Below are positions 1 through 12,416 of a DNA stretch of 38,756 bases, one piece after another. The number at the start of each line of letters is the position of its first letter. Position 1 is the stretch's first letter. The notes beneath the pieces were generated by a model, which saw only the letters and a list, made by a program, of their open reading frames with translations, was not told the DNA's origin and searched no databases. This DNA is from Dimargaris cristalligena (Eukaryota), in assembly GCA_003614675.1 (NCBI GenBank), contig ML002358.1, forward strand, positions 1 through 38,756, read 5' to 3'. The translations under genes and the position numbers were made by a program.

Positions 1-2
1 TG

Positions 3-596
3 CCCGCGCTCGACTACCTTTCCGTCTACGCCAGCGCCGTCAACGAGGAGAATGCCGCCGGTGGCCGGGTCGTCACGGCCCCCACCAACGGGGCGGCCGG
101 AGTCATTCCCGCGGTTCTCAAGTACCACCTCGAGTTCCTCTCCGATACCGCCCCGGAACACGACATCATGGAATTCCTCTTCACGGCCGCGGCCATGGGT
201 ATGCTCTATAAACGGGGCGCCAGCATCAGTGCGGCGGAAGTGGGGTGCCAAGGTGAAGTAGGAGTGGCCTGCAGTATGAGTGCCGCCGGTTTCGCGGCCG
301 TCATGGGGGGTTCAGTAGAGCAAATCGAAAATGCGGCGGAAATCGGAATGGAACACAATCTGGGGCTCACCTGTGACCCCGTCGACGGGCTGGTGCAGAT
401 TCCGTGTATCGAACGAAATGCCCTGGGCGCAGTCAAGGCTGTGACAGCGGCCCAGTTGGCCCTTAACGGGGACGGTGCCCATCGGGTCACTTTGGACCAG
501 GTGATTGAGTCGATGCGGCAAACGGGGTTGGATATGCAATCGAAATATAAGGAAACGTCACAAGGTGGCTTGGCCGTTAACGTGCCCGTTTGCTAA
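3..596 (+). CDS. Fe-S-dependent L-serine dehydratase (L-serine ammonia-lyase, SdaA type), C-terminal part; 5' end lies outside the window
   Basis: The frame is open from position 3 ([39 protein letters not shown]...) to TAA at 594-596. It carries SDH_alpha motifs [55 protein letters not shown] and [11 protein letters not shown], including the three [4Fe-4S] cysteines. Confidence 0.95.
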   Translation, partial: PALDYLSVYASAVNEENAAGGRVVTAPTNGAAGVIPAVLKYHLEFLSDTAPEHDIMEFLFTAAAMGMLYKRGASISAAEVGCQGEVGVACSMSAAGFAAVMGGSVEQIENAAEIGMEHNLGLTCDPVDGLVQIPCIERNALGAVKAVTAAQLALNGDGAHRVTLDQVIESMRQTGLDMQSKYKETSQGGLAVNVPVC

Positions 597-1836
597 CCCA
601 CCCACCACTCCCAGCACCGCATTTCTGGTTCACTTTTTCCCTCTTTTTATTTTATTAGTATCTAAAGGGGAGCCCAATGATGTGAGTTTAAAAACGGTTG
701 TCACGCACCCCACTACCCTCATACTTACGCCTATAGTCTCAATGCGAACTGTTATAAGTAGTAAATTGGCCTTGCTGAAATATTCGACTTGCCCTTTTTT
801 TTGTGTATTTAGGTCTTTATTGGCATTTTCCCGAATATCCTATTTCTTAATATTTTTTTGGAATTCGTACCTGCATCATTTGCACACACATATATAATTA
901 GTCAGGCCCAATATAAGTGATATATATAAAACATATCAAATCAATTGCCTGTAGAAGTGGGGGGGGGGGGAATAAACGTAAACTGCTACTTGATTTCGAA
1001 GGCTTCTTCGATTGTTGTGGTAGCTAGGTCCAGTACTTATTTTTACTGAGTGGCTAATCCCAATACCCTTTACCTTCTTCCTCAATCACGACTCTCTGTA
1101 TTTGGAATCAGGAAGCCTTGGCTCTTTTGTACGTAACCAGGCAACGCCCATGATTATCCTAAAAATATCCCAAGTTCTATGAATGTAGATCTATGCAGAG
1201 CTCTGTGGTTACGTCGAATCAACTACCGGCCACCGGTCTCTGAGTTGGCTGTTCTTTTATTGTTAATAAAATAAATACACCGAGGCGCATTTTTAAACTA
1301 GTCAACGTAATACTACGTTTACATTATCAAGAGACAGTGTCATCAGAGTGGTTATAGCTATTTAAGTATGGTGTGCTCAGCGACATCATCAATATATAAA
1401 AAAAGGCCTTTTTAGCATTGTCCCATGCGACTATCACAGTAGATATTGGGATCTCGGGTATTTCGGTTGAACCCGGTGGCGCCTGCCAAATTACTCACGT
1501 CACTTGTGGTGACACATACAATTTTTTCCTCGGATACCGGGCGTTCCATTACCCGAGGCCCATATAAATATACATTTTTCTCTCGAACCCCTTCAGAGCC
1601 AGTGCCCGGTGTCCGGCGTTTACCCGTACGCTATTATACGCTCACCAACTTTAAGCACTCTTGGATTTAGACACCATCCCATTTATAGATCCCCCCCCTT
1701 AAATAATATAGTGAATTCCGGTTAATGGGCATCCCTTGCTTATTAAAAATATTATCCAATGGAACTACGGGGTGAATCAATACACTGTGTGGATTTTTAA
1801 AAGGCGGCAAATGGTTTATAATATACACAGCCATTT

Positions 1837-1861
1837 TATATATATATATATATATATATAT
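1837..1861. repeat. (TA)12 microsatellite
   Basis: Perfect TA run read directly from the sequence. Confidence 0.9.
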
Positions 1862-1994
1862 TATAAACAGAGTGAACTAGCTTAAACTAGAGATTTAATG
1901 ATGGTACAGGCGCAGTGGGAATGTAATACTATGATACAATGGTTGGGGGTTGGGGTGGTGTGCGTGTAGAATTTTAAAGAAGCAAACAGCACTA

Positions 1995-4013
1995 CTAATA
2001 AGTGATTCGAATGCGTCGCAAGAACTCCTCATCCTGGGCGGAACGGGTTACACCCGCCCGGGTAGGCTGGCGCCGCGGGATCCTCCTCCTCATCTTTCTC
2101 CTCCTCCTACTAATACAACAACTACTACTCCTAGCTGTGGATCCCCGGCTACTTTGGCGGGATATGCGCCGAAATGGGGCGGGGCCGGAGAGATTGTGGA
2201 AAGCCCGCACAAAGAAGTTGTCTGGTTCGTCCAGGCCCTCCGATGTCAGCGCGAGCGACGCTGGGACAGGCTCAAAACCCTGGGCGGTCGGAGCTAGTCG
2301 AGGGCCCTCTACCGTGGAAGAAGGCGGAGCATGTCGGGATTCCGAGGGGGCGTTTAAAAAGGGATCAAGGGAGACCGGGATGGTTGCGGTTTGGTTATGG
2401 CCATGGTCCTGGCTACGGCTGTGGACGTGGTTATAATAAGCTTGCGGGTCGTTCGTCTGGTGCCGGGGAATCAGCGGGATCGTGAATTGCGGGAGGGGCA
2501 TGTCCTGGCCATTAGACCAGGTGGACCCCTGGGGGTAGTCAGATAAACCGTTACCGTTACCATCTTCATCGTCGCCACCGTCACTGGTGGCGACAATGGG
2601 ATAGTAAGAAGGGATATAATCCCGATTCTCCCACCTAGTTTCACCCTGCTCGGCGTGGTGTTCAGGGCTCGACCGGGTTCTCCTAAACTCCGTTGTATCC
2701 CAGGGGGATGATGGTTGATAAGGGGCGGATCGGCTTAGTAAGAGCAGGGCCTCCGCCGCCTCCAGGGTGCGTACTCGAAAGTCCCGCCAGGCTTCATAAT
2801 CGTAAGTCTGGTTGAACTGGGCCTGGGTCTGGTTCTGAGTGTGGTAGGGGTCCGGTAGATACCGAGCCTGTTCGAAAATGGCTTGCTGATGAGGGGCGGC
2901 CCGAGGGTATTGGATCGGGGTGGTTAACAAGGAGGATTCGGTCGCACCGTGATTCGGATACTGGGGGGTGAAGGGGGTCCCCGGTTCGGTGTAAGTTGTG
3001 GGAGGAAGCCGCCGGGGCGATGAGGGCGGATGGGGAGGAGGGGAACAAGGCAGAGACACCGATAGTCTAAGCCGCTGGGCGGCACGCCCGCCCCGTTGCT
3101 TAGAACGTCCATTCGCCGCTGGTCGGACGACGGCGGCGGCCTCGGTATTAGGAGTAGCATCTCCATCTTCATTTTCATCCGCATCCTCTTCTCTGGCTCG
3201 CTTCCGACTTGATGAGGGTTCATAGTTCATGGGGACCATTCCCTGTCCCTTTGCCACCGCCGCTACCGAACTCGGCGCCCATCGCCCCTTCTTCGACCCC
3301 GGTTTCCCCTCGGGGGACGTCAGTGTAGCGTAGGCTCCGAATTTCTTTAGCACCCCGGCCAAAATGGCTTTGGGCCGTTCCCCAAAATTACGATCATTAA
3401 AGTTGGTATTCCACTTCTTAATCGCTTCGACACTGTACCAGTAGTTGATGGATAGAACCTCGAGGATCTCCCGGGGAATATCGTGGGGCCGGTGGTTATG
3501 GATACTAAAGTCCGTAATGGGTCGGTCCGGTCCGGCCGGCCCGTGTTTTTGGATAATGACCTTGGCGAGCTCGGCGGAAAATAGTTTGAGTACATCCTCC
3601 TAATAATTTGCCCGGGACTTTTCGAGGTCGAACCAATTGGTTTTACCCCGCACTTCAAAGGCCCGATTACGGAGCAGGAAAAAGAGTGGTCGGTCAAAGT
3701 GGGTGGGGTCCCGGAACTTTTCGAAACGCGCGAATTCCGCCCGCACAGCGACGTAATCAGCTTGGGTGAAGATGGTCCGAGGCGGGTCGAGGTTCCGGAA
3801 TTGGATACCGGACGTATCGAGAATTTTCCGTAACAGTCGGATGTTCTCTTCGGTAATCTCGGCGGCATGGGTCGAACTGTCCGTGGATGAGATCGAAACG
3901 CTGGGGGATGGGGAGTGATCCTCCCCGATTTCATTAGGCACCTCAGGGGGTGGGGAAGGGCGTTGGTTGGACAGGGCGCCCGACTGGTTGACTCTAGAAT
4001 GTGGGGGGGGCAT
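1995..4013 (-). pseudogene. Unknown protein gene (672 codons) interrupted by one in-frame TAG at 3600-3602; pseudogene, recoded gene or sequence error
   Basis: ORF-track ORFs 3600..4013 and 1995..3362 share a frame. The intervening 3363-3599 reads open as EDVLKLFSAELAKVIIQKHG...INYWYSVEAIKKWNTNFNDRNFGERPKAI. ATG is at 4013. The N-terminal ~230 residues look globular; the rest is P/S/Q-rich, with a basic SRKRAR motif. No family recognised. Confidence 0.6.
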
Positions 4014-4622
4014 TGGAGACCAGCACCTTTATATATATATAACCGAAGACAGGTAATAGACAGACAGGAATGAAACGGAGATGTAGGTTCGGATAAAAAG
4101 AATATAGGATGGTAGCAAATCGATAATCGGAGAACTCTTTTTTTATCTGAGAAGAACAGAGGCTAAAATCGGAAAAGATATGGTCTACAGAAAACCGCTC
4201 AACGTTGCGGTGAATGGTAGAAGTCGAAAAGAAACTGGTGAATGTGCTTGAATAACGAGGAGAGAGTAGGCGGGGGAGTGGGGATATTTATACTCAAACT
4301 GACTTGGAGTCAAAAGTTAGAGGGAGGGATGGAGTAGGACTCAGAATCGAGTGGCCGAGGCGCACGACGGCTGGGGGGGGGGGGGGAGAGAGGACGGGGG
4401 GGGGAGGTACCAGAGTCGGTAGGAGACCCTTAAAGGATGAATAAAAGAATTGCAGTAAACCGAAGGCTCGTCGTGGCGTAAGTGGACATAGTGGGGTTTC
4501 TTTCAAGTGTTTTGGAAAATCGTCCTAATAGGGGAAGATAGGGGCGATGAATGGACGGTTAATGGGAACTTACAGAGACAAGGTTCATTGTGGCCGGACT
4601 TTAATGTGTCATTGAAAGATCG

Positions 4623-4652
4623 ATTATTATTATTATTATTATTATTATTATT
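4623..4652. repeat. (ATT)10 microsatellite
   Basis: Perfect trinucleotide run in intergenic DNA; it explains the poly-L in spurious ORF 4507..4728. Confidence 0.9.
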
Positions 4653-7582
4653 TTATAGTATTAATTTTCTGGTGGGGAAGGAAAAGCAAGGACAAGGAAC
4701 CGTATGGTTCGAGTATCGAGATGTGTGAAGGATAAATAGCGATTAGGAAGCCTTCAGTACAAAAGGAGGGAGGGTGGTGGTGGTGGTGATGGTTCTCACC
4801 CCCTCCATTATATCGTCAACTTTCAATGAAGGTCAAAGCAGCGTAGGTGGCAACTCCCTCCCCCCTCTCTTTAATAGCAATCGGGTATATCTTTTCTTTT
4901 CTGAAAGACGGGGTGGGCGATTAAAGGAGCGCCTCGTTAGATATTGCTCTAGGAACATCTCAACAAAGATGTAGCTAGAAATAACTACCTATTTCGTAGG
5001 ACCTCCTAAATCCAAATTGGTCTAGTTTATTGGCCGGTTAAGGTGGTAGGTGCACTGCGGGTTTCCATTAAGGTACTATAGTCGTCCTACAGGAACTGCC
5101 CGCTCGCTAGTGCAGTGTATGAAATAACTGGAGGGGTTCCCACCCCCCTCCTACTACTGGCATTGCTACATTCCGACTGTAGGATTGGCTCATTGCTGGC
5201 CCTGTACTATCTTTAGGAACTAAACGTTTAGTCACACCATATCGCCAATATGAGATACCTCTTTGCCTGCTGATTTAAGACGCGGTTTCTTCTCCGCAAC
5301 CAGTCTTTGAATTATTTTCTCGCGCTTTAAACGCGTTCTATCACCACGAATAGCTACCATGCGGGACCAATTCCCGGTCCTACTCATACAGTGCACCTCA
5401 ACTAACAGCAACCTCCATTGGCAACCTCAAAGCCTAAAAGCTTTATCGGTTATCATTGGGATATATTCAACTTATCTGAATTAGGGACACAGTTGAATTG
5501 GTAGACCGGGCCTCGTAAGCTATGTGGGCAGCATGAACACGGCCTCCAATTATTTTTAATTGATAGGCTAACTTGGTAGGTACCTTATTAGGGTAGCCAA
5601 TAACTTGAGTACTATGTCAGGCGGCCATTCATTTTAGCAATAAAGCGAGTATGGCTATTACAACCAACGATGTGGGCGGTGATTATGTTCATCACATCAA
5701 GGTTGTTTCCTTATTAATCGGCTGGCTCTGGCCAGAACCATGTTAAGAGTTTGAAAATCTCAGATACGTTTTTCGCAAATTTTTCCCAATACAGCTCTTT
5801 GTACCACGCCCAACTGGATAATGGGCCATCGGGTGATTGTAACTTCGGCATTACAATGAAGATTATACAATCATGGGCCGGCTCTTAATAATTGGCTGAG
5901 GCATCCAAAACCTAATAACCGTTAAAAGTATAGTAGTGGCTCTACAAAACACAAGTGACCGTGCTTATATACCAAGAACCAATTTGATTCCAACTAGTGG
6001 TAGCCAAAGGATAATAACTAGGGCTGGTCTAGGATATAATGCTTTGGTCGAGTGAATTATAAAAAATTAAGTTTGCGAAAATCGAATTGACAGCTATAGC
6101 CAGATCAGACCGAGAGGCTAGTTTTTATATATTTGGCTAATTGTGTCAAAAAAAAATATGCTGAACTCGTAAGGTAACCACGTCAAGAAGGCTTCGCTTC
6201 GACGTAATTAATCAATTCAGTAGCAAAGACGCCTGGAGCAAAACAGGGCCTGAGTTTTGGGATGTGAGGAAGGTATACTACGACCAATATTATGAGGCAG
6301 GTGGGACTACCTCGTGGAGACACCATAGCCCATTGGCCCCCTGGATACCGCTTCCGATTACGGCCATTAGGCTGGAAGAGGAACCCCACTTAATCGTGAA
6401 ATCTCAAAGTATATCGAGACTGAAAATCAATGCTGGAAACCGATCTGGTTTAATGTGGGGTTGGTTTCACTAATTCGGTAGTAGAAATGGCGTATGAGGT
6501 TGGTAATGCCCAAATGTGGCTACACCGGGTTCGGAATCCCACCCTAGTAGTCGCGGGGACTAGATATGAAAGTGACAATGGGTTGTTTAAGCGGGTTAGT
6601 GTCTACCACAAACAACCAATGAGTATCCATTGGGAATTAACTAGGAGATACTAGTTACTTTCTTGGGAGGGAGGGGAGGCAGATAATCGAATTTTACGCC
6701 AGGGTTTGTTTAGCCGATTTTCAGACCCCCTAACTAACATATTTGTACTATGCCAGTATTTACTTGGCTTTTTGGGGTGGATAACTAATCATGATCCGCA
6801 GTCAATTTGAATCTTATATTTTCACCATCACAATGATGGGCCCCTTCTTGTCCGAATCCTGTTGTCTTCCAATCCCCTGTTTACCTAGACACATAGATTT
6901 GTTCAACTCCAGCTCACTTTTGAGCATAGCGTAGCACTCCTAAACCCTTAGATGTTGGCTCGGTTACTTGTACAACACAAATAACCAACAAAATACCGGG
7001 TATACCATACAGGAGAACATAGCTCCAACCAATAAGTACCATTGAAGTCGCTCTTAGCTTTTGCCTACAATTAGCCCATCCCATTACTCCGTTTTCACTG
7101 GCTGAATCGGCTGGTTTAAGGGCAAAGGAGCCAGGTACTCACTTTTCAAAGTTTACAATACGGTGAAACTAACGCATAGTATCCATTGCAAGAGTCCAAA
7201 CCACATTCAATTTTCAAGGACTGACCTTTAACTAGTTTTGACGGCAACAGGAAAATGTTCCAGGATATAAAAGACCAAGCAGCTTCAGCTAAGGAATAGG
7301 ATCAAGAGCAGCAAACCCATGCCCAAGGATATCAATATCAATATATAGGTATAGTATAAGTTAAGGTAAACTGTATTTGGGATTCCCGCGGATAACCAAA
7401 AATTACTTTAAAAAAATAAACGACCGGGAGAGGATGGAGGAGAGGAAGAAGGAGAGGGGGGGAGACACATAATACAATGGGTACGGATGGTAATAAAAAC
7501 AACGGACAATTTAAGCGCAACTAAAAATAATAATAATAAAAAGGTCAAGACAAATCAAGGCTCGCGTAAATAAATTAACAAA

Positions 7583-9763
7583 TTAGAAGTCCAAGAATAA
7601 TGATCTGTATGGATCAACTCCAGGCTCAGGATTCGCGTCGCGCGGAGGCTCGGGATAGCGGTCGAAATTGCTGGTGTCACCCACGTGACTGTAGGGGGGT
7701 ACGATGGGGGCGTCGGTGGTACGGGCCATTAGGGCCTCCCAGTTGACGGAATGGAACCACTTGTGCTGTTTGATATCGAGGGCGCCGTTCTTCAGATTCC
7801 CCAACCGCTTGGTGCGGTCAGCGGTCAGAAGTTGCCGAATAAGGTCCTTGGCGGCGGGGTCAAAGTGCGGGGGAAAGGAAATCCGCCCGGCCAATATCTT
7901 TTCGTAGATACCGAAGGGGTTATCGTCGAAGAAGGGTGGATACCCGGCCAGCATTTCGTAAATGAGGATACCCAGGGCCCACCAGTCCACGGCTTTACCG
8001 TGCCCCTTACTCTGAATAATTTCGGGGGCCAGGTATTCGGGGGTGCCGCACAGGGTCCACGTCCGGTCTTCTACCTTTTTGGCGAAACCGAAGTCGGTGA
8101 TTTTAATGTGACCCCGAAGGTCGAGGAGTAGGTTCTCGGGTTTAAGGTCGCGGTAAATAAAATTATGGGAGTGGAGGTACTCGATGGCCAGGATAATCTC
8201 GGCGGCGTAGAAGCGAGTCACATCATTGGGGAAGCGGCCTGCTTTACGGAGGTGGGTAAACAGCTCGCCTCCCATCACGTACTCCTGCAGCATGTACAGG
8301 CTGACCTGGTCCTGGAAGGTGCAGTGCAAATTAACAATAAAGGGGAAATTGACCTGACTCAAGATCTGCCGCTCTGAGTTGATGTGCTCCACTTGCTTAA
8401 GTTTGACAACATCGGCTTTGCGCAGGACCTTCATGGCATAGTACTCGTTCGAACCATGCCGCCGGCAGAGATAAACCCGGCCGAAGGTGCCCGTACCTAG
8501 GGTTATCAGGAGTTCGTAATCGGCCAGGGAAGGGGAGGCTTGTGCAGGGGACCGCGCCCGCAGAGGGGGAGAGCTGGGAACCGCAGCGCGACCTCCGCCA
8601 GGAGTATATACCGGGACAGGCTGAGCCACCACCGCCACGGGAGATGCTGGTGACATGGAAGGTGATCGATCGGAGGACAGCGACGAGTCAAGGGAAGACG
8701 AAAGGTTGGAGGAGGTCGACAACCGGGGCAAGTGGGAAGGGTGACAGCCGTCGACCGACAGGGCAGATAGGTGGTCCAACCCGTAATAGGCGGGGTGGGA
8801 GGGAGTAGAGGGAGCGGGGGCAAAGGCGGGGTAGTGAGAAGCAGCAGCCGATGTGTTGTAAGATGCAGGAGGTACGGCAGCCGCCGATGCCGAGGGGTAG
8901 GAGTGAAGGGGGGGTGTGGGGACGATAGTGTAATCGACGACGTGGGCCGGCGGTGGGATAGTGGGGACGGGCAACGAGGTCAGCCCCTGAATAGAGTACT
9001 GGGCCAGGATGGCGGGAGTAGGCAGAGCGACGGGGACGGTGGCGTGGGCGGGGGAAAAGGCCAGGGAGTCAAACGCGCGGGATATTTGAAAGGCCGGTGA
9101 GGTGGGGGTGCGGGGTAAATTAGAGTCAAGCAGGTGAGGTGGTGGATGGGACAAGGACGGTTGAGCCGACGAAGAAATAGGGGCAGTAGTAGGAGTAGTA
9201 GTAGAAGTAGCAATAGAAGAAGTAGTGAAAGGCAGCGGGACAAACCCAACGCCGGTGGCTAGCGAGGTAGTGATGGCTGGAGGAATGTGGGAGGCGGTGG
9301 CGCCGACGGTGGAGTGGGCAGGGGTATGCTGGGTAGTGGTAGTATTGGTACTATTCCGACGGGCAACGGGTTGACGATTGGCCAGATCAGTTATATGGAC
9401 CTTGGCGGGAGGAGCAGCGGGGTCAGCGGCTGACGCGTTTCCTTCGAGGGAGTTTAGGCGAAGGTATGACGAAGTACGCTTCTTGCCAGCAGTGGCGTCA
9501 CCGGGGCTAGCGGCAGTGGGTATGGCTGCCGTGGGGGTTGTAGTAGTAGTAGTAGTAGTAGCAGAAGTAGCAGTTGTAGTATTGGATGAGACTACAGCGG
9601 GGGCGGCGGACACACTGTACTCAAGTAACCGAGCTTTAGCAGAGTCCGAGCAGTCGCCAACAACCGACGCAGTTTGGTTGACACGGTCTTCTTCGGACAA
9701 GGTAGAGGGAATGAGTTCTGAGGAAAGGAGACCGGACCGAGAGGAATCGTATAAAGAAGTCAT
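7583..9763 (-). CDS. cAMP-dependent protein kinase catalytic subunit (PRKX-like), 726 aa, intronless, with a long low-complexity N-terminus
   Basis: First in-frame ATG at 9763 (MTSLYDSS). Kinase motifs [24 protein letters not shown], activation loop [15 protein letters not shown] and DWWALG. AGC tail GDTSNFDRY; terminal FLDF hydrophobic motif. Confidence 0.95.
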   Translation of the reverse strand: MTSLYDSSRSGLLSSELIPSTLSEEDRVNQTASVVGDCSDSAKARLLEYSVSAAPAVVSSNTTTATSATTTTTTTTPTAAIPTAASPGDATAGKKRTSSYLRLNSLEGNASAADPAAPPAKVHITDLANRQPVARRNSTNTTTTQHTPAHSTVGATASHIPPAITTSLATGVGFVPLPFTTSSIATSTTTPTTAPISSSAQPSLSHPPPHLLDSNLPRTPTSPAFQISRAFDSLAFSPAHATVPVALPTPAILAQYSIQGLTSLPVPTIPPPAHVVDYTIVPTPPLHSYPSASAAAVPPASYNTSAAASHYPAFAPAPSTPSHPAYYGLDHLSALSVDGCHPSHLPRLSTSSNLSSSLDSSLSSDRSPSMSPASPVAVVAQPVPVYTPGGGRAAVPSSPPLRARSPAQASPSLADYELLITLGTGTFGRVYLCRRHGSNEYYAMKVLRKADVVKLKQVEHINSERQILSQVNFPFIVNLHCTFQDQVSLYMLQEYVMGGELFTHLRKAGRFPNDVTRFYAAEIILAIEYLHSHNFIYRDLKPENLLLDLRGHIKITDFGFAKKVEDRTWTLCGTPEYLAPEIIQSKGHGKAVDWWALGILIYEMLAGYPPFFDDNPFGIYEKILAGRISFPPHFDPAAKDLIRQLLTADRTKRLGNLKNGALDIKQHKWFHSVNWEALMARTTDAPIVPPYSHVGDTSNFDRYPEPPRDANPEPGVDPYRSLFLDF

Positions 9764-12044
9764 ATTAGCCGACGCAAAAGAGATGCACGGACAAAAAAGA
9801 CTATATAGACAGTAGTGGAAGAAAAATACACCTACACCTACACACACAGCGATAGAGAGAGGGAGGGAGAGACACACAGACAGAAAGATAGAGAGAAAGA
9901 GAAAAGCACAGGGAAACGACGAGAGAACAAGCCTGGGAGACTTATAAGAAGAGGGGCCGTGGAAGCATATACGGAGAGAAACACAGTGGCCGCATATACA
10001 CAGAAGAAGAATAGGCTCGGCGGAACTTAAAGGGGCAGAGCACGGTAAGGAATAGTAGAGAAGCAGTGCTACAACGGGCAGAAGAGTGTATGCGGCAGGA
10101 GAGTTCAAGAACGGGTAGGCACTGGCCCGAGCGGGTCGATTGAGACGAGGCAAAAACGAAGAGTGGGTTACGGCCGACGGGCTAGATACTGCTGCTGACT
10201 ATATATATATATATATAGTAGTAGGTGGGGGAATAATAAGGCCAAGTAAGCAGACAAAACGAAGAAAAAGAGGGTCAGGAAACACTACTAATATTATTAT
10301 TAATAGATAATGAATGGAAGAAAGCATGCCGAAACGGGCTTTGGTGGCGACGAACTACTTAAACGACAGCAGCGCAGGACGCGGACTCACTGCGGGGTTT
10401 ATATGCTATCACCTCCCTGACTGACGATGCCCATCGAGTCTGTTTACTATGGGCCGGGATCACCATACACTTAGTCGTACACTTACACCTCTATACTTAC
10501 ACACACACACAGCCCTTCTTCTCCCTTTACGATCCTCCTCTCCCAAATCCCCCCAATCCACCTCGATTGGTCCTGTAATGCACCTCAGCAGGCCTGGCCA
10601 AATAAGGATGGCTGCTGACCCGTCACTCACTTCTCCCTACGCTGTGAACATCCTCCATTCCCGTCCACCCTCATTAAACTACCCGGTTGGGCTCCAACTA
10701 TTCGTCAGCAGGGCTGTATCCATTATACCCCGCACCCACCACCTACACTAGCACTTTAGTGGTATTAACTCGCTATTTCGGTAATAAAATACCCCCTACA
10801 TCAATATAGATGCTAAATGGCCAACCAAGGCCACGTCTCTATTAACATGCAAAGATATCCCCATGCCCTCGGGCCAAGTATAACCAATGAACACCCCTCT
10901 TTTTTCAAATTTCAAATCCCTGCACTTGGTAAGAAAAATGTTCGGTGACACAAATCCAAACAATCGACTTGGGGGCATCATCGCCAACTGAGATTCGTGT
11001 GTACCGACCAAACGGAAAGAGGTACCTTCCCAAGGGCGATGATACTTGTCATACCTAACTCGACCCGAAGAGGCAAGTATAAAAATGAAATGACGAAGAA
11101 CATCCGTTGTTTATTGTTCGTTGTCCTCAAGGACCCGCCGATCCTTCGAATAAAATATCATTACTAAATAGATAATGATATTATTAAATGGGTTTTATCC
11201 GCTGCGATAAGTCAGATATTCCTTACCACCCCCCCCCCCCCTGGTAAATATGTGTAACCCTTTTCTTTCCGGCGACTGTCGAAACCAATTGTCGGATTCT
11301 AAGGCTAGCCTTCCACTACGGGGGGTCTTCATTCCTTTACTCCCACTCCCTATCGGCAATCCCCCTCACCTCTCTCCCTCATTCTCTAGACCTGGTGCTA
11401 TTGTTACTGCTCTTCATTCTCGATCGATGTGTATTGGATTGACTCCGCCCTCCCCGCCTCCGCCAATTGCAAGCCTGGTTCGCTCTTCTTCGGTAATCGC
11501 CCTATGGACACTGGAGTTAGTTATATAGCCTACCTCCCTAAACCCGCCGTTCCAAACTGTCCCTATTCGCCCAATAGGCCTGTCAAATGAGCTTGTGAAA
11601 CGTAATCTAGCCGGCCCGAGAAAAAATGAAAATCATCCCGCCCCCAACACAAAAATAGTTACCCCTTGTTGTGGGTCACGACAGTCAGTAAAAATTTACC
11701 GATACATTAGCGAGTAGAGAAATTTTGCATACTCTATAAAACAAATCAGCAGTATTGAGGAAGGAATAGTCGCCCTGAAATGCAGTGTGTTTAGAGATTT
11801 AGGTCGCATCGTACTAGATGCTTCTATGCATAACTGTAACAATAAGTATCACAGCTGAGATTAGCACTACCAGCGGCTGAGAAAGTCTATGGATAGTGTT
11901 ATAAAGCATTCTCTAAAACCTTGTCAGTACTCACTACCGTGCCTCGCCTACATCGCTAAAGACATAAGCCTCAAATCCGCTGCAACAGACCCTCGTCTAA
12001 GTATGGGGCTTAAATATGGCATAGACGAATTTTTTTATGGAACA

Positions 12045-12116
12045 TCCGAAATGGTCCAATGGTCAGGATTTCACGCTCTCACCGTGACGGTCGGGGTTCA
12101 ATTCCCCGTTTCGGAG
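12045..12116 (+). tRNA. tRNA-Glu, anticodon CTC, intronless
   Basis: Acceptor stem TCCGAAA/TTTCGGA, anticodon arm TCACG-CT CTC AC-CGTGA, T arm CGGGG-TTCAATT-CCCCG; 72 nt long. Confidence 0.95.
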
Positions 12117-12121
12117 TCTTC

Positions 12122-12127
12122 TTTTTT
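12122..12127 (+). terminator. RNA polymerase III oligo-T terminator of tRNA-Glu
   Basis: T6 run a few bases after the tRNA 3' end. Confidence 0.7.
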
Positions 12128-12416
12128 CAATATAATTGAGCTGTTCATATTTCATGGAATGAACGCGAATTCTCTTTTTGGTTCAGGACAATATTGAAGT
12201 AGCCCAGTTTAGTGTCTTGCTAAACCGCGTATTGTTGATAATCCCCCAGTCTAACCCCGGCCGAGATTCTAATTGCGATGGACCGTCCCCATCTTACTCT
12301 TCTACACGTCAATCTCTCTATATATATTTTTGCGATTCTGGAATATTTATTCTAGGGTAATAAAAAAATAAGGGGGGGGGGTGACGAGCGCTAGTATGTA
12401 ATTCAGCTAGGCCCCT

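Noticed and set aside
1974..3602. Genome-wide reassignment of TAG to a sense codon (internal TAG, plus an in-frame TAA shortly after each TAG-ending gene)
   Set aside because: No internal TAG occurs in the several thousand codons of the other genes, and this locus itself ends in tandem TAG TAG. Nearby TAA is expected in AT-rich 3' UTRs.
3347..3934. 195-aa overlapping ORF on the minus strand
   Set aside because: It is an S/P/R-rich alternative frame of GC-rich coding DNA; the 4013 frame gives the coherent protein.
4900..7300. Long intergenic stretch with small ORFs (6183..6389, 6264..6473) as a possible hidden gene or TE
   Set aside because: No recognisable motif, consistent splice chain or terminal repeats found by eye.
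9764..10153. ORF-track start of the kinase at TTG 10153 (856 aa)
   Set aside because: Non-ATG start in a eukaryote; the hydrophobic translation reflects a CT-rich leader. The ATG at 9763 is preferred.
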